Of a stretch of 64,000 nucleotides of DNA, positions 52,553-62,978 are shown piece by piece. Within the stretch, counting starts at the first letter, position 1, and each line of letters opens with the position of its first letter. The position numbers were made by a program, and so were the translations under genes. Source of the DNA: Barthelona sp. PCE (Eukaryota). Where the stretch lies: positions 1,426,001-1,490,000 of the forward strand of contig JAUFOR010000003.1 of assembly GCA_040285745.1 (NCBI GenBank), written 5' to 3'. The notes under the pieces were generated by a model that saw only the letters and a list, made by a program, of their open reading frames with translations, was not told the DNA's origin and did no database searches.

Positions 52553-55243
52553 TTACTTTTTCTGATACTGAAAGTTCTCATACGTTGGAACACCACGTTT
52601 TTCAAGTCCCAAAAATGAAGATAAAAATCTTCTAAAGGTCAAAATAATGAGACTTGGTGGCTGGCGTCTATCAAGTGATTGGAATTTAGCAATAAGTTCG
52701 TTTTCATAGTACAAAGCACACATGTCCGTCTTCTTACGATCTCTTTCGAAGCGTAGCGATTCGTCAAACGGTATTGTCACCGGTGTGTGACCACTAGACA
52801 TTTCTAACGCTACAGCGTCAGTGAATCTAATGGAAACGGTTTCGTCTTCCAGCTCAATATTATTCTGAACTAACACTTTGAAGCTCACAGTGCCCTTCTT
52901 TATAGCAGACTCAATGGGTCGAATGTACATTGGTGGTAGCTCTAATATATCAGTTGTGAGCACAATTGATTCTCCAGTAGTGCCATTTTCGCCGACAGGT
53001 GTTGCCTCAAGCTGTATTCTCCATCCAACATCATCGACTGTGGGTTGATACTTTGGTCGATAACATTTAATAGATCGAGAGCCAAAAACTTCATGTTTTG
53101 CTGTCCACTCAAAGATATGTTCGCCCTCGACGCCACCTTCATACATGTATGAGAAAACAACTGGCTTATGGAAAAACTTCTCACACTTAAACTCATGCTT
53201 GAATTTTGGCGTTACAGCAACGATCGGTTTAAAATCAAACGTATATATCGTGTTATCTGGTGCAGTCTCCAGTGCTATGCAAAGCGTTAACTGAATACCA
53301 ACATCCGAGTTCTTACACAGGTATTGGTCAAAGCAAATTTCATCCGTCATAGTAACCTTACTGAAGGAAATTCGTTTAAAAACGCCATCCAAGTTACGAA
53401 ACCACTCTACATATACGACACGATCATCAGCCATATCAGTTGTTAATTCGATTTCAATTATCTCACTCTCACTGTACTCCTTTGAATTATCGACACTGCA
53501 CTTCAGGTCATCATCAATTTTTTCTGTCTTTGTGGGCTCTTCTTCATCTTCAGGTTCTTCGAAGGCGTCAGGTTCTGGTGGAGCCTCAAAATCAATGTCA
53601 TCAAAATCATCTTCTTGCTCCTCAAAGCGTTCATACGTGATGATTCCTTCCTCATCAATCATTTGTTCAAAGCAAAGTGGGCACTGCCATGAATCGAACT
53701 CGGAGTCCGTCAGGACACTGTAACCGTCAGGAGCGTTCTGCAAGAATGTCAGGCAAGACAAACAGAATGTGTGACCACAAGACAACACCACTCGTTCCCG
53801 TGAAGCCAACGGGTCATCTTCCTGGTTGTCGTCGCTAAATTCAAAGTTGCACAACAGGCAACGATGCTCGCTATCGAAGAAAGAAGATATCTCATTGCTG
53901 GCCAAGTACTGCAAATTCTCTACACTTGAATTTAAAATACAATAGTAATCGGCACAGTACACATATTCCAGTGTCTCTACGAAGCCCTTCATGAGCTTTC
54001 CCAACCCCTTTGACTCAACATGACCACCTACCCATACGAATGGTGCTCCTGACTCCCAGTTTGGGATGCGACCGTGGAATGGTGTAAATATTACACCGTC
54101 TTCCATGTTTTCAGCAGGAAGATCACGATCATAGTAGTGCAAATACCGAGATGAGTGGTAGAATGGGTGTAGGAAAGCAGGATGGTGACACTGACTTGGC
54201 TCTTTGCAACGACACGGAGCTAAACTCTCAAGCACATCAACCATATGCTTTGCCAGCATGAAACAGTCGTGTACGAGCTCGTTCTCCGGCCTTACCGGGT
54301 CCTGCTCATGGAAGAACCTGTTCTCTGTGTTGTGAAAGTGAATTGCAAGATATAGTGTTAGTTGATTTAGCACAAATCTGACGAGATGCTTGTACTTACC
54401 CTCAAAGTTGATACGACATATGAGATCACACATGTCATCAGTTATAATTTTGTTAGACTGTTGAGCACATAACAAGTTTCGTGCAAAACAATTGAAACTA
54501 CTAATCTCTACATTGGAAAGAAGAGCGAAATGAACCAACTTTAAGAATTCTGGCCACTGAAGGAAGAGTCCAGAGAAATATGACTGAATAACGAATTCAC
54601 GTAAATCCAAGCGAAAATAAGTGTGAACTTTCTTAAACTGTTGCTTTATATTATCAGAATCATAACAAAAACAACAGAACTTGAAGAGATTCTCAAGGTA
54701 ACGGGATTTATCGAACCTCACATACATTAAATTCGTGTCACTCTCAACGTTAAGTGCATTCGTTTCATAGTTGCTATAAATCGTTAGCACTTGAATATTT
54801 GACACGACAGAATCATAGAATATGTTCTGAAACAGCGTGTAGAAGTCCTGTTTAAAGTCCAACGTCAATATAGGGTCTTCCAAACACAAGTTGACAAAAA
54901 ATGCACATCCTATAATGAACCTTATCACCCCTATATATTTCTGATCGTTGACGTAGCACCCCTCATCACACTCGTACAGGAAAATTGGAAGAACTAACTC
55001 TTTAAGATAGGATTTTTTCCGCAAAAATAAAAGATGCAATTGTTCTCTCGGAAGTGAGAGATCAGTCAGTAATTCTTCATCAAAGTCGAAAAAATTGACT
55101 AAAACCTCGCGGGATCTGGGTCCAAAAAATGAATAAGGTAAACATGAGCCATAAAATGAGGAGTCCAAATCAAGCTTGTGGGTTCTTTGTTTCCAGTTGT
55201 CGACTGTGATGTCGCTGGCAACCAACGACAGGGAAACACTCAT
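52553..55243 (-). CDS. C3HC4 RING protein with AIR9 A9-like Ig repeats
   Basis: RING CLLC...CGHTFCLSC...CPLC; acidic linker; A9-like YEGGVEGEHIFEW and YQPTVDDVGWRIQLEATPV. First ATG is at 55243. Confidence 0.72.
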   Translation of the reverse strand: MSVSLSLVASDITVDNWKQRTHKLDLDSSFYGSCLPYSFFGPRSREVLVNFFDFDEELLTDLSLPREQLHLLFLRKKSYLKELVLPIFLYECDEGCYVNDQKYIGVIRFIIGCAFFVNLCLEDPILTLDFKQDFYTLFQNIFYDSVVSNIQVLTIYSNYETNALNVESDTNLMYVRFDKSRYLENLFKFCCFCYDSDNIKQQFKKVHTYFRLDLREFVIQSYFSGLFLQWPEFLKLVHFALLSNVEISSFNCFARNLLCAQQSNKIITDDMCDLICRINFEGKYKHLVRFVLNQLTLYLAIHFHNTENRFFHEQDPVRPENELVHDCFMLAKHMVDVLESLAPCRCKEPSQCHHPAFLHPFYHSSRYLHYYDRDLPAENMEDGVIFTPFHGRIPNWESGAPFVWVGGHVESKGLGKLMKGFVETLEYVYCADYYCILNSSVENLQYLASNEISSFFDSEHRCLLCNFEFSDDNQEDDPLASRERVVLSCGHTFCLSCLTFLQNAPDGYSVLTDSEFDSWQCPLCFEQMIDEEGIITYERFEEQEDDFDDIDFEAPPEPDAFEEPEDEEEPTKTEKIDDDLKCSVDNSKEYSESEIIEIELTTDMADDRVVYVEWFRNLDGVFKRISFSKVTMTDEICFDQYLCKNSDVGIQLTLCIALETAPDNTIYTFDFKPIVAVTPKFKHEFKCEKFFHKPVVFSYMYEGGVEGEHIFEWTAKHEVFGSRSIKCYRPKYQPTVDDVGWRIQLEATPVGENGTTGESIVLTTDILELPPMYIRPIESAIKKGTVSFKVLVQNNIELEDETVSIRFTDAVALEMSSGHTPVTIPFDESLRFERDRKKTDMCALYYENELIAKFQSLDRRQPPSLIILTFRRFLSSFLGLEKRGVPTYENFQYQKK

Positions 55244-55322
55244 TGAAGAACGTGAAAAAGGTAGTGATTGTGTAAACACACTTTCAACTCTTTACTTTAA
55301 GGTTTAAGATAAGTTAAGGAAA

Positions 55323-56003
55323 ATGTCAAGGAGACCGGGTACGAGTGCAGCACGTGTACGTCGTAATCGACAAATTTCGACAGATATTTGGGAAGAAGAG
55401 CAGGATAAACTATATGGGCATAAAGCATTGTATTTACAAAGTGAGTTTGTACGTATTCGTTTGGAAAAGATGTTAGTTGCAAAGATTTCAACTGTTGTAG
55501 AGTCCATTCCAAGAATTTTAGATTATCTTAAGGAACGAGTGGACGAATTACTTAAAGTTGAACGTAAATATCTACAGCAAGCTAACTATCACAACATTGC
55601 AGTATTGTTAAGTAGCATAGCACCCTCATTTAATAATATTTCTGCAGAGTGTGGAGAACTAAATCGATTTTTCAGTGCATTTTTAACAAATTTTGAAGTA
55701 TTATCCAGCAAAATTATATTCTCTGAGCATGAATTTGATATGAGTAAGTTAAATGTATTGTATTGTAGTCTTCAACATAATTTAGGTTTGGTTGATGAAG
55801 CAATCAGCGAATTAAATATTGATAGAACAAAAGTGTTTGTAGAAGGTGATATCACAGAGCTAAATAAGAAGATGTTATCATTAAAATTGGAATTTGAACA
55901 TACTAATGATGTTTTTGAAAAAAATATGCATGAATTTCTTAGTTTTACTAAAAATCAGGTTAAAAATTATGTATCTGGGTTCTTTGAATCCTCTGATTCT
56001 TGA
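55323..56003 (+). CDS. Hypothetical coiled-coil protein, 226 aa
   Basis: ATG ORF, helical; no family recognised. Confidence 0.6.
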   Translation: MSRRPGTSAARVRRNRQISTDIWEEEQDKLYGHKALYLQSEFVRIRLEKMLVAKISTVVESIPRILDYLKERVDELLKVERKYLQQANYHNIAVLLSSIAPSFNNISAECGELNRFFSAFLTNFEVLSSKIIFSEHEFDMSKLNVLYCSLQHNLGLVDEAISELNIDRTKVFVEGDITELNKKMLSLKLEFEHTNDVFEKNMHEFLSFTKNQVKNYVSGFFESSDS

Positions 56004-56551
56004 GTTGCTTGTTTTTTATCAGCTTTTTCAGATTTCCTACGCTTTTTTCTCATTGCACGTTGTCTTTTACGTTTTTCTTTTTTGCTATCAGTGAATTTTG
56101 CAAGTTTTTGTTCAAGTTCTTTAACAATATCTTCATCTAAATCATTTTCTTTGGCAATTTTCAAGAAATTTTTGAGATGATCTTTTGAATCAATGTGCTT
56201 TTCGACTTGTTCCCAACTTAAAAGTTGTTTTTCAGCACAAAAGATACAGTTATAGAAGGAAGGACCTCTCCTTTTAATAAAAACAAACTCTGTGTCAGGA
56301 TTAACTTCTTCAGCCTTTGAAGTACCTGAAAAAACTGTGTTGTCCAATGGTGCAATATATGCACTGTACTCGGACTCTGAAAGGATCTCCTTTTCTAATT
56401 CAGTGTCGTCGAGAGCTTCAATAGCAGCAAGAGCATCAATTTCATCGTATTCCTCCCCTTCTCCATCTGAAAACATAACCTCTAGTGGGTCGATGTCAGC
56501 ATCGTCTTTGGTCTCCATCCACCTTTTTGCATACTCCAAACGCTTTGACAT
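55967..56551 (-). CDS. Acidic/basic protein with C2H2 (matrin/U1-like) zinc finger
   Basis: CIFC...HIDSKDH; acidic N-half; Lys/Arg-rich tail. Confidence 0.7.
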   Translation of the reverse strand: MSKRLEYAKRWMETKDDADIDPLEVMFSDGEGEEYDEIDALAAIEALDDTELEKEILSESEYSAYIAPLDNTVFSGTSKAEEVNPDTEFVFIKRRGPSFYNCIFCAEKQLLSWEQVEKHIDSKDHLKNFLKIAKENDLDEDIVKELEQKLAKFTDSKKEKRKRQRAMRKKRRKSEKADKKQATQESEDSKNPDT

Positions 56552-56986
56552 GGTAAGAAAATGAATAGCAATTCATGATTTGTGTTGGCACATTTTTTGA
56601 TGAGTTTAAGTGGGTTAGTATGTATTTTTATGCCATAAAGTATGTAAAATTGAGGAATTTGATGAATGTTTAAATTTTTACTCAGATAACTGCCAATATA
56701 GTCTAATCATGGATAAAAGCGAGCTTTAAAATTGCTGATACACTATTGTGATACCTGATAGGGTATAATGTATGCAATAAACATTGAAAGAAGTCTTTTT
56801 TGAGTTCTCTTCATCATAGGAACCTGCATATGTAAAAACATGTGAAAATGAGCTAAATGTCAAGTACGCCCTCCTCAAGTGCCACAAACAAACCATAAAT
56901 CATGAAAGAAAAGATCTCTCTATGTGCGCGCATTACCATTTCTCTCCTTTTCACATGTTTTTATTGTGCAGGTCTGTATGTAGGAC

Positions 56987-58186
56987 ATGAACAAACCGAA
57001 CCAACAGTCAGAACAGAGTCAAGCGAAGCCGCAGCAAAAGCAGAATCAGAACAAGGATCCAGAACAGTATCAGAACAATTCCTGTGTGTACAATCTAACC
57101 AGAAAGCTTCTAGCAAACTATTGCAAAATTAATGAACTTTATTACTCAGCACACGACGATAACAACGGTTATTTACGTGTTTCACAGAATGCTGAACTAA
57201 GTTCAGGTAGATTCAGGATAACAGGAAAGAAGCGCCTCGGAAAAGGTAGTTTTGGAGAAGTTTGGAAGGCCTTTGATTCTAAGGAAAATCAGAACGTTGC
57301 TTTGAAGATTTTAAGGAAAAGGAAGCATTTTGCTATCCAAGGAGCCAACGAAGCCGCCCTCTTAGCAGAACTTTCAGCGGAATATGATGTGAATGATGTT
57401 CACATAGTTTCGTTGTTAGGTAGTTTATATATAAGCAATCATTTTTGTTTAATTCTGGAGCTTCTAGACAAGAACCTGTACCAGATATACAGGAGTAAGT
57501 ATAAATCAGAGCTATTTCCACTAAATGCAGTGATTGAAGTAACAAAACAACTTCTTCAATCACTGAAAGCTTTACATAATTACAATCCACCAATCATTCA
57601 CACAGATTTGAAGCCCGAAAACATCCTGAGCGTTGGGCCGTGGGATGACCAAAACCCCAATGTGAAGATTGTTGATCTTGGAAGTGCAATGAAGTGTGAT
57701 GAGCCGCGAAAGTTTAATTATGTACAGAGTAGATATTATCGAGCACCTGAGATTCTACTGAGGTGTCACGATAACGATTACACAACAGCTATTGATATTT
57801 GGAGTCTTGGTTGTGTTATCGTGGAAATGATACTACGACAGCCATTGTTTAAGGGTCATAACAGTGCACAAATGGTATCTTTAATCGACAGTACGCTGGG
57901 AGAACCGCCCAAAGATATGCGTATTGGTAAGGATTTTGCAAAATATTACAATGATCTACCAGAGGATGAAGAGAGTGATTATGAAAGAGAGCATTGTTTA
58001 CTTTCAGTTCCATTAACGAAGCATCATGAACACCCTCGGATATTGTTTGCGCAATTGGTGGAGAGAACTGAAGATTACAGATGGGAGGTCTTGGGGAATA
58101 TGGTTGAACGAATGATTCAATGGAGAGCAGATGATCGTATGAGTGCAACTGATTTATTGAACTACATGATCGAACAGGGTCTTTAA
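56987..58186 (+). CDS. DYRK1/Yak1-like kinase
   Basis: LTRKLLANYCKINELYY, DDNNGY, IHTDLKPEN, DLGSA, YVQSRYYRAPE. Confidence 0.88.
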   Translation: MNKPNQQSEQSQAKPQQKQNQNKDPEQYQNNSCVYNLTRKLLANYCKINELYYSAHDDNNGYLRVSQNAELSSGRFRITGKKRLGKGSFGEVWKAFDSKENQNVALKILRKRKHFAIQGANEAALLAELSAEYDVNDVHIVSLLGSLYISNHFCLILELLDKNLYQIYRSKYKSELFPLNAVIEVTKQLLQSLKALHNYNPPIIHTDLKPENILSVGPWDDQNPNVKIVDLGSAMKCDEPRKFNYVQSRYYRAPEILLRCHDNDYTTAIDIWSLGCVIVEMILRQPLFKGHNSAQMVSLIDSTLGEPPKDMRIGKDFAKYYNDLPEDEESDYEREHCLLSVPLTKHHEHPRILFAQLVERTEDYRWEVLGNMVERMIQWRADDRMSATDLLNYMIEQGL

Positions 58187-58201
58187 CTGTCATTTAGATT
58201 A

Positions 58202-58855
58202 TTAACTCCTTACAGTATATACGTATGATTTAGCGTTATCAGCATAACTTCTTTTTAACATTTGTCGACCATTTTCTTTTGTTATAGTAATTAATTCTTG
58301 TGCCAATTCTTCAGGGAACCCATTATCTAGTAAAATACTAACCAATTTATGATCGGCAACACCACGACATATGTTTTCATATATCCAATCAAGCCATTCA
58401 TCTGGAACACGGTTCAGCATAAAGTCATAGAAGTCCAAATAGCTGACCTTTCCGTCGCTGTTGCTGTCCAGCTCGAGGATTTCTCTGATAGCCATTCGAA
58501 TAGCATCTTCTTCCCATCCTTCTTGGGCTAAGACCCTTCTGATACCATCAGGTGTAACAAATCCACGGTAGAGGTCTGATACGTCGAACTTTTTGAACTC
58601 TGCAAGTACATTAAGTTCTACTGGGGACTTATTGTGACGCATCTCCAGGAAAGTTTCGAAGTTGACTTTTGTGTTGGTTTGGCTAACCTCCCTGATGATT
58701 CCTTTGAGTTCTGTGATATCAGGATACAAACCCAGCGATCGCATAATAGTTCTGAGATCTGTGTGGGAAATTTGGCCATCTCCGTCGATGTCAAACATGT
58801 TGAAGAGATGTCGTGTGGAATCGAGCGGCTCAACGTAGTCGGAATTGAACAGCAT
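58202..58855 (-). CDS. Calmodulin/centrin-like EF-hand protein with C-terminal extension
   Basis: EF loops DIDGDGQISHTD and DSNSDGKVSYLD plus two degenerate loops. First ATG is at 58855. Confidence 0.82.
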   Translation of the reverse strand: MLFNSDYVEPLDSTRHLFNMFDIDGDGQISHTDLRTIMRSLGLYPDITELKGIIREVSQTNTKVNFETFLEMRHNKSPVELNVLAEFKKFDVSDLYRGFVTPDGIRRVLAQEGWEEDAIRMAIREILELDSNSDGKVSYLDFYDFMLNRVPDEWLDWIYENICRGVADHKLVSILLDNGFPEELAQELITITKENGRQMLKRSYADNAKSYVYTVRS

Positions 58856-59155
58856 GTGTGTAAAGGATACAGTGGAAAAAACGGTTGATTTGTGAAGTTT
58901 CGTTTGTTCCGCTGGTAGATACCGTGTATTTACCCTTAGTTTGGAATTATAATCGTATGAATTATAGTTTAGTGATACTTTGACCACAGTTTTAGAAAGG
59001 TTTGTTTGTCAGGTATTTGTGGGCTTTACTGGATTATTACAAAGTTAATATGGGATTAATTAACCTAATACGGTAACCAAATCTAACAAAGCATTCATAG
59101 GATTTGTTAAACAAAACTTTCCCTTTTCTTATTGTATTTTTCGGGTTCTTTTTGA

Positions 59156-59380
59156 ATGGATCTTAGTAGGAGGTTAGCAGCCATCACAAGCTACAAGGCA
59201 CAACTTGAGGGATTAGAAAGAGCATTGCCAGTTTCGCAAGCTTCACGTGAGCTTCTTCAACACATAAAATTGGTCAATGACCCGATGCTACCACAGATTC
59301 CAGACAACTTAAGCATATCCGGAGAGATACCTAACCGTTGGCGTGATAATACTGTTAGCTCAACGTGCTTTTGTCTGTAG
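59156..59380 (+). CDS. Heterotrimeric G-protein gamma subunit
   Basis: 74 aa with VSQASRELL, DPML, NRW and terminal CaaX CFCL*. Confidence 0.8.
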   Translation: MDLSRRLAAITSYKAQLEGLERALPVSQASRELLQHIKLVNDPMLPQIPDNLSISGEIPNRWRDNTVSSTCFCL

Positions 59381-60656
59381 CAGTATTCAACAGCACAACC
59401 ATCTGTACATAGTAGTTTCAGACACCTTAACTGATTTAATCACTGATTGTGATTAGTTCAATATTTGGAGGTTGTATTACGCTGCATTCGACTCAGATTG
59501 TAATCTTATGTACATTAATATCGTTAGCAACAATTTCAAAGCTGAAACAAAATCAGAAAGTTAACACGATCTATTCACTTGAGCAAATTAAGAGTTTGAT
59601 ATGCAGTATCATACATAATAGATTTTACGCTCTCCTTTTACATCAAAAATATAAAGGAGCAATTCAATGTAATCGGGAAGGTTTGTATGAGATCTGTAGT
59701 GCAAAATACATTTGTTTATGTATTAATTATTGATAATAATTGGAAAAATTGAAAAACCAACATTTATGTGAGTTATTTCACATTACAATGTATAAGATCG
59801 ATGGAAACCCATGAACAAGCGTGTTAGAAGAGCTAAATATGTTTGAACATGGTGTTTTTTTACTAAAAAATTTCAAAGAAGCTGATATTTCTGAACAAAT
59901 TCATCACATTGTTTTTCTTGTTAACCCTAAAACAGATCTCTGTACTAATGCTAATATGATGGATTACGATTTCTTGTATTTTTTATTGCGAGAACTATGA
60001 CGTACAATAGTACTTATGGAAATGTTACAATACAACGTATATGATTCTATCAACTTTAGAATGTTGTACTGATTCTATGTCACAAGTCCTTAAAAAGTCT
60101 GTTCTGGTTTCAAATACACACAGCGTCATGTTTTTTCAAATGAATATTGAAAACCAAGGGAAATTAGCTGTCTGGAAAAGGAGGCCAGCAGTCAGGAAGG
60201 TCACTTACACTCGTGGAAATAGATAATATTGGAAATGATGAACGTTTACAGAGATCTGTACGTGGTAGGATCAAAGTGGTACTAACAAATAAAATAAATT
60301 AATCCACGGAATGTAGTATGTGAGAATAAAAAATATCTAATACGAAATAGTGTCGTGTTATTCACAAGCGTTACAAAAATAAAATAAAAATTTGGGAGCA
60401 GTTCATAATACAACTATAGCATCCGTAGAGATCGCAGTTCCCGTAGAAGTGCAAGGAAATTTACAGTCTTGTGAGGAAATCTCAGAAATGATTCTATATT
60501 ACATTTCTTCACTTCTTTCATTATTTATGGTCATTTAAGGGGCAAATTAAGCTTTACCTAATAATATTACAGTGATATCAAACAAGTATATATAAGAAAA
60601 AGCGGCCGAAAATGAAAATAGATTCTTTCACTAAACATTACAATTTTTTGAAACAT

Positions 60657-60923
60657 TTACAAAACTCCGTCATCATACTCACTTTCTTGATCACTTTCTT
60701 GAACACGGTTATCCTCTGCTTCTTGAACATTCTGTTGAGTTCCAGAACACCCTATAACTACATTTCTTCGACCTTTAACTCTTAAATTTGTATTGCCTAT
60801 TTCGACATTTCCTACATTTTGATTGTTTTGATTCCCAAAATCACATCCAATAATAACACTATTGTTAGCTCTGAGGTTTTCCATACCTCTGTTACCAATT
60901 AAAACATTGTTGTTACCGTTCAT
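60657..60923 (-). CDS. Small Asn-rich protein with NxxIG repeats, 88 aa
   Basis: From ATG 60923: NVLIG, SVIIG, NVEIG, NVVIG. Confidence 0.5.
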   Translation of the reverse strand: MNGNNNVLIGNRGMENLRANNSVIIGCDFGNQNNQNVGNVEIGNTNLRVKGRRNVVIGCSGTQQNVQEAEDNRVQESDQESEYDDGVL

Positions 60924-61223
60924 TTTGGTAGCGGTGTGGAAAAATGAAGATAGTGGTATTTTTTGAAAGACTACAAGATGATATTCACTATTCATGAGCG
61001 AAGATCTGAGAAACAAACATGATTCATGACTAAACGGATGGGAAATTGTGTTTTATTAATGAATATCACTGAAGAAATTCTGTGTCAAGGTGTTTTTAAA
61101 TGAATCACACTATTTACTTTGCAAACACGAAAACAGAGTTTGTTTCTGGTTGGAGATTGATTTAGAAATCTGGATAACTGAACGAAATGTAACTTTCTGT
61201 GGAATCAATTGCACAAGTAACAC

Positions 61224-61306
61224 GATTATGACAGCTCAAACGCCCTTCAGCGTCCCGTGGTGCTGCGTGCGGGTCTGGTCTGCGTTGAGCTTGCGACTGA
61301 AGCTTT
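61224..61306. ncRNA. Candidate structured non-coding RNA (GC-rich hairpin)
   Basis: Nested pairings 61233-61243/61282-61291, 61247-61250/61275-61278 and 61254-61258/61269-61273 in an AT-rich spacer. Confidence 0.3.
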
Positions 61307-61964
61307 TATTGAAATCTTTTTGTTAAATTATTAAATTATGAGTAAAATATGTGCTAATTCAGCCAAAGGAACCATCATCGGAACGGAGCGCCTCTATCAA
61401 GAGCCTTGCTAACAAGAATGTTGATAGAGTTCACGCTGGTTCAAAATTTTGGAATTTTTCTCAGGTATATAATGTTATAGTCATCGCACATGATTAAGAG
61501 TAAGCTTCAAAAATGCATCCAACTAAAAAACAGTTAGAAAACATAAAGCAAGGTAAAATCGAAGATCCAATGTGCTTATTCCTTTGGAGCACTCGATCGG
61601 TACTGTTTCCCTGACCAAACGGTTTTGAATTTCACTAAAACTGTATATACGTAGTTATATAAAAACTTTCATACTCTTTACCATGTTAGGAAACTTTTGG
61701 GTACTGATTTAGAATTTTTTCATATCTAATGGGTCTTGGAGGTATTTTTTTCCTCATATTACGACAATATGCTTTCTGCATCTGCACAATTGTTTATCCA
61801 CGAATATGAGGAGAAAAGTATATTGCGACCAGGTTTTAAAGAAAAAATGGACATATGAGCAAAAGGTGATGAGTTTATCAAAAAGGCAACAAACTATATT
61901 AGCTCCTTTCTCACCTTTTTTCACAACTCATTACAGTTGTTCAGGTCTTCTTTTCTTTGCAAAC

Positions 61965-62900
61965 ATGCCACGGACGATCACAAGAGTCAGTGATGACTTT
62001 ATATTCACTCCAATCGGATCCAAAGTCGTTGTGAGTAGTAGTAATGAATATAGAAATACCAAGCGAATGTGTATAATGGACAAATACACCAGTTTAGCCA
62101 TATATACACCTTTGCAGGTGTTTACAGGGTGCAATTTTAAATTTGATATGTTGAGGCCCACTTTACAGGAACCATCTATCTTTTACCGCACGGCACACAT
62201 CGACGATGATTACTCCACGATTGAGATGTTCGATTTTTCTGATGGAGAGTTTAAGTTCATCAACAATGTTGATCTTCTCTTTGAGTTTCAAGGTTGTTTG
62301 TTGAATAGACGCTTTTTATTTTGTGAATCTCGTTCCCATTCCAGAAGCTCAAACGTTGAAGGTCATATTTTTGATCTAGAACTTGATGAAGACGTTAGTA
62401 TGCATATCATCAATCATGCAACCACTCTACAATACGTTGTTATCAGAAACTATGTTTTTTTGATTGGTTATTACAGAAACAAATGCAGTGTTAGGGGTAT
62501 GTTTTCTTTTGCAATTGCAAATGACTGAAAGCCTACTTTTGAAGAACATAATCCTATGATGTACGTTAGTCTTTGATCTCACACCAGGAGATAATCACAT
62601 AATCTGGAGAAAGGGTAAGAAGTACTTCAGCAGCATGGTTCTAGGTGGAAAATTGGCCAATTTCCAGTTTCTTTTTCAGATGACAAAGCGTGAAGTCAAT
62701 TGTTTATTTGTTTTAGGGATCATTGATATCCCACTATCATTCACAAGAAGAAAGCAACGTTTAGAGACGCTCCATTTGCCCTTGATCTGTACAATAACTC
62801 TCTTTTGCTGTTGGTGGGAGATCAAGGATATGTAGAAGTCAACGGTGTGAAAATGATTCGAGACAACGTAAAATTCATTAGTCTGTCGACTTCCACACAC
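61965..62900 (+). pseudogene. Truncated or decayed paralogue of the 40250 family; 3' boundary approximate
   Basis: MPRTITRVSDDFIFTPIGS resembles MPRRRDNGFPVNQGFYCNPLGS; the frame stops at 62528 and only short fragments follow. Confidence 0.45.
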
Positions 62901-62978
62901 AATGTGATGTCTCTAAATTTTCTGCATTTGGATTTTTTAAGTAGTTAATAGTAAAGAAAAACTTAACACTGTTTATTG

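Noticed and set aside
59800-60290. Coding-like fragments (LEELNMFEHG...QIHHIVFLVNP) suggesting a decayed gene
   Set aside because: Short and stop-interrupted with no recognisable family; too weak to annotate.
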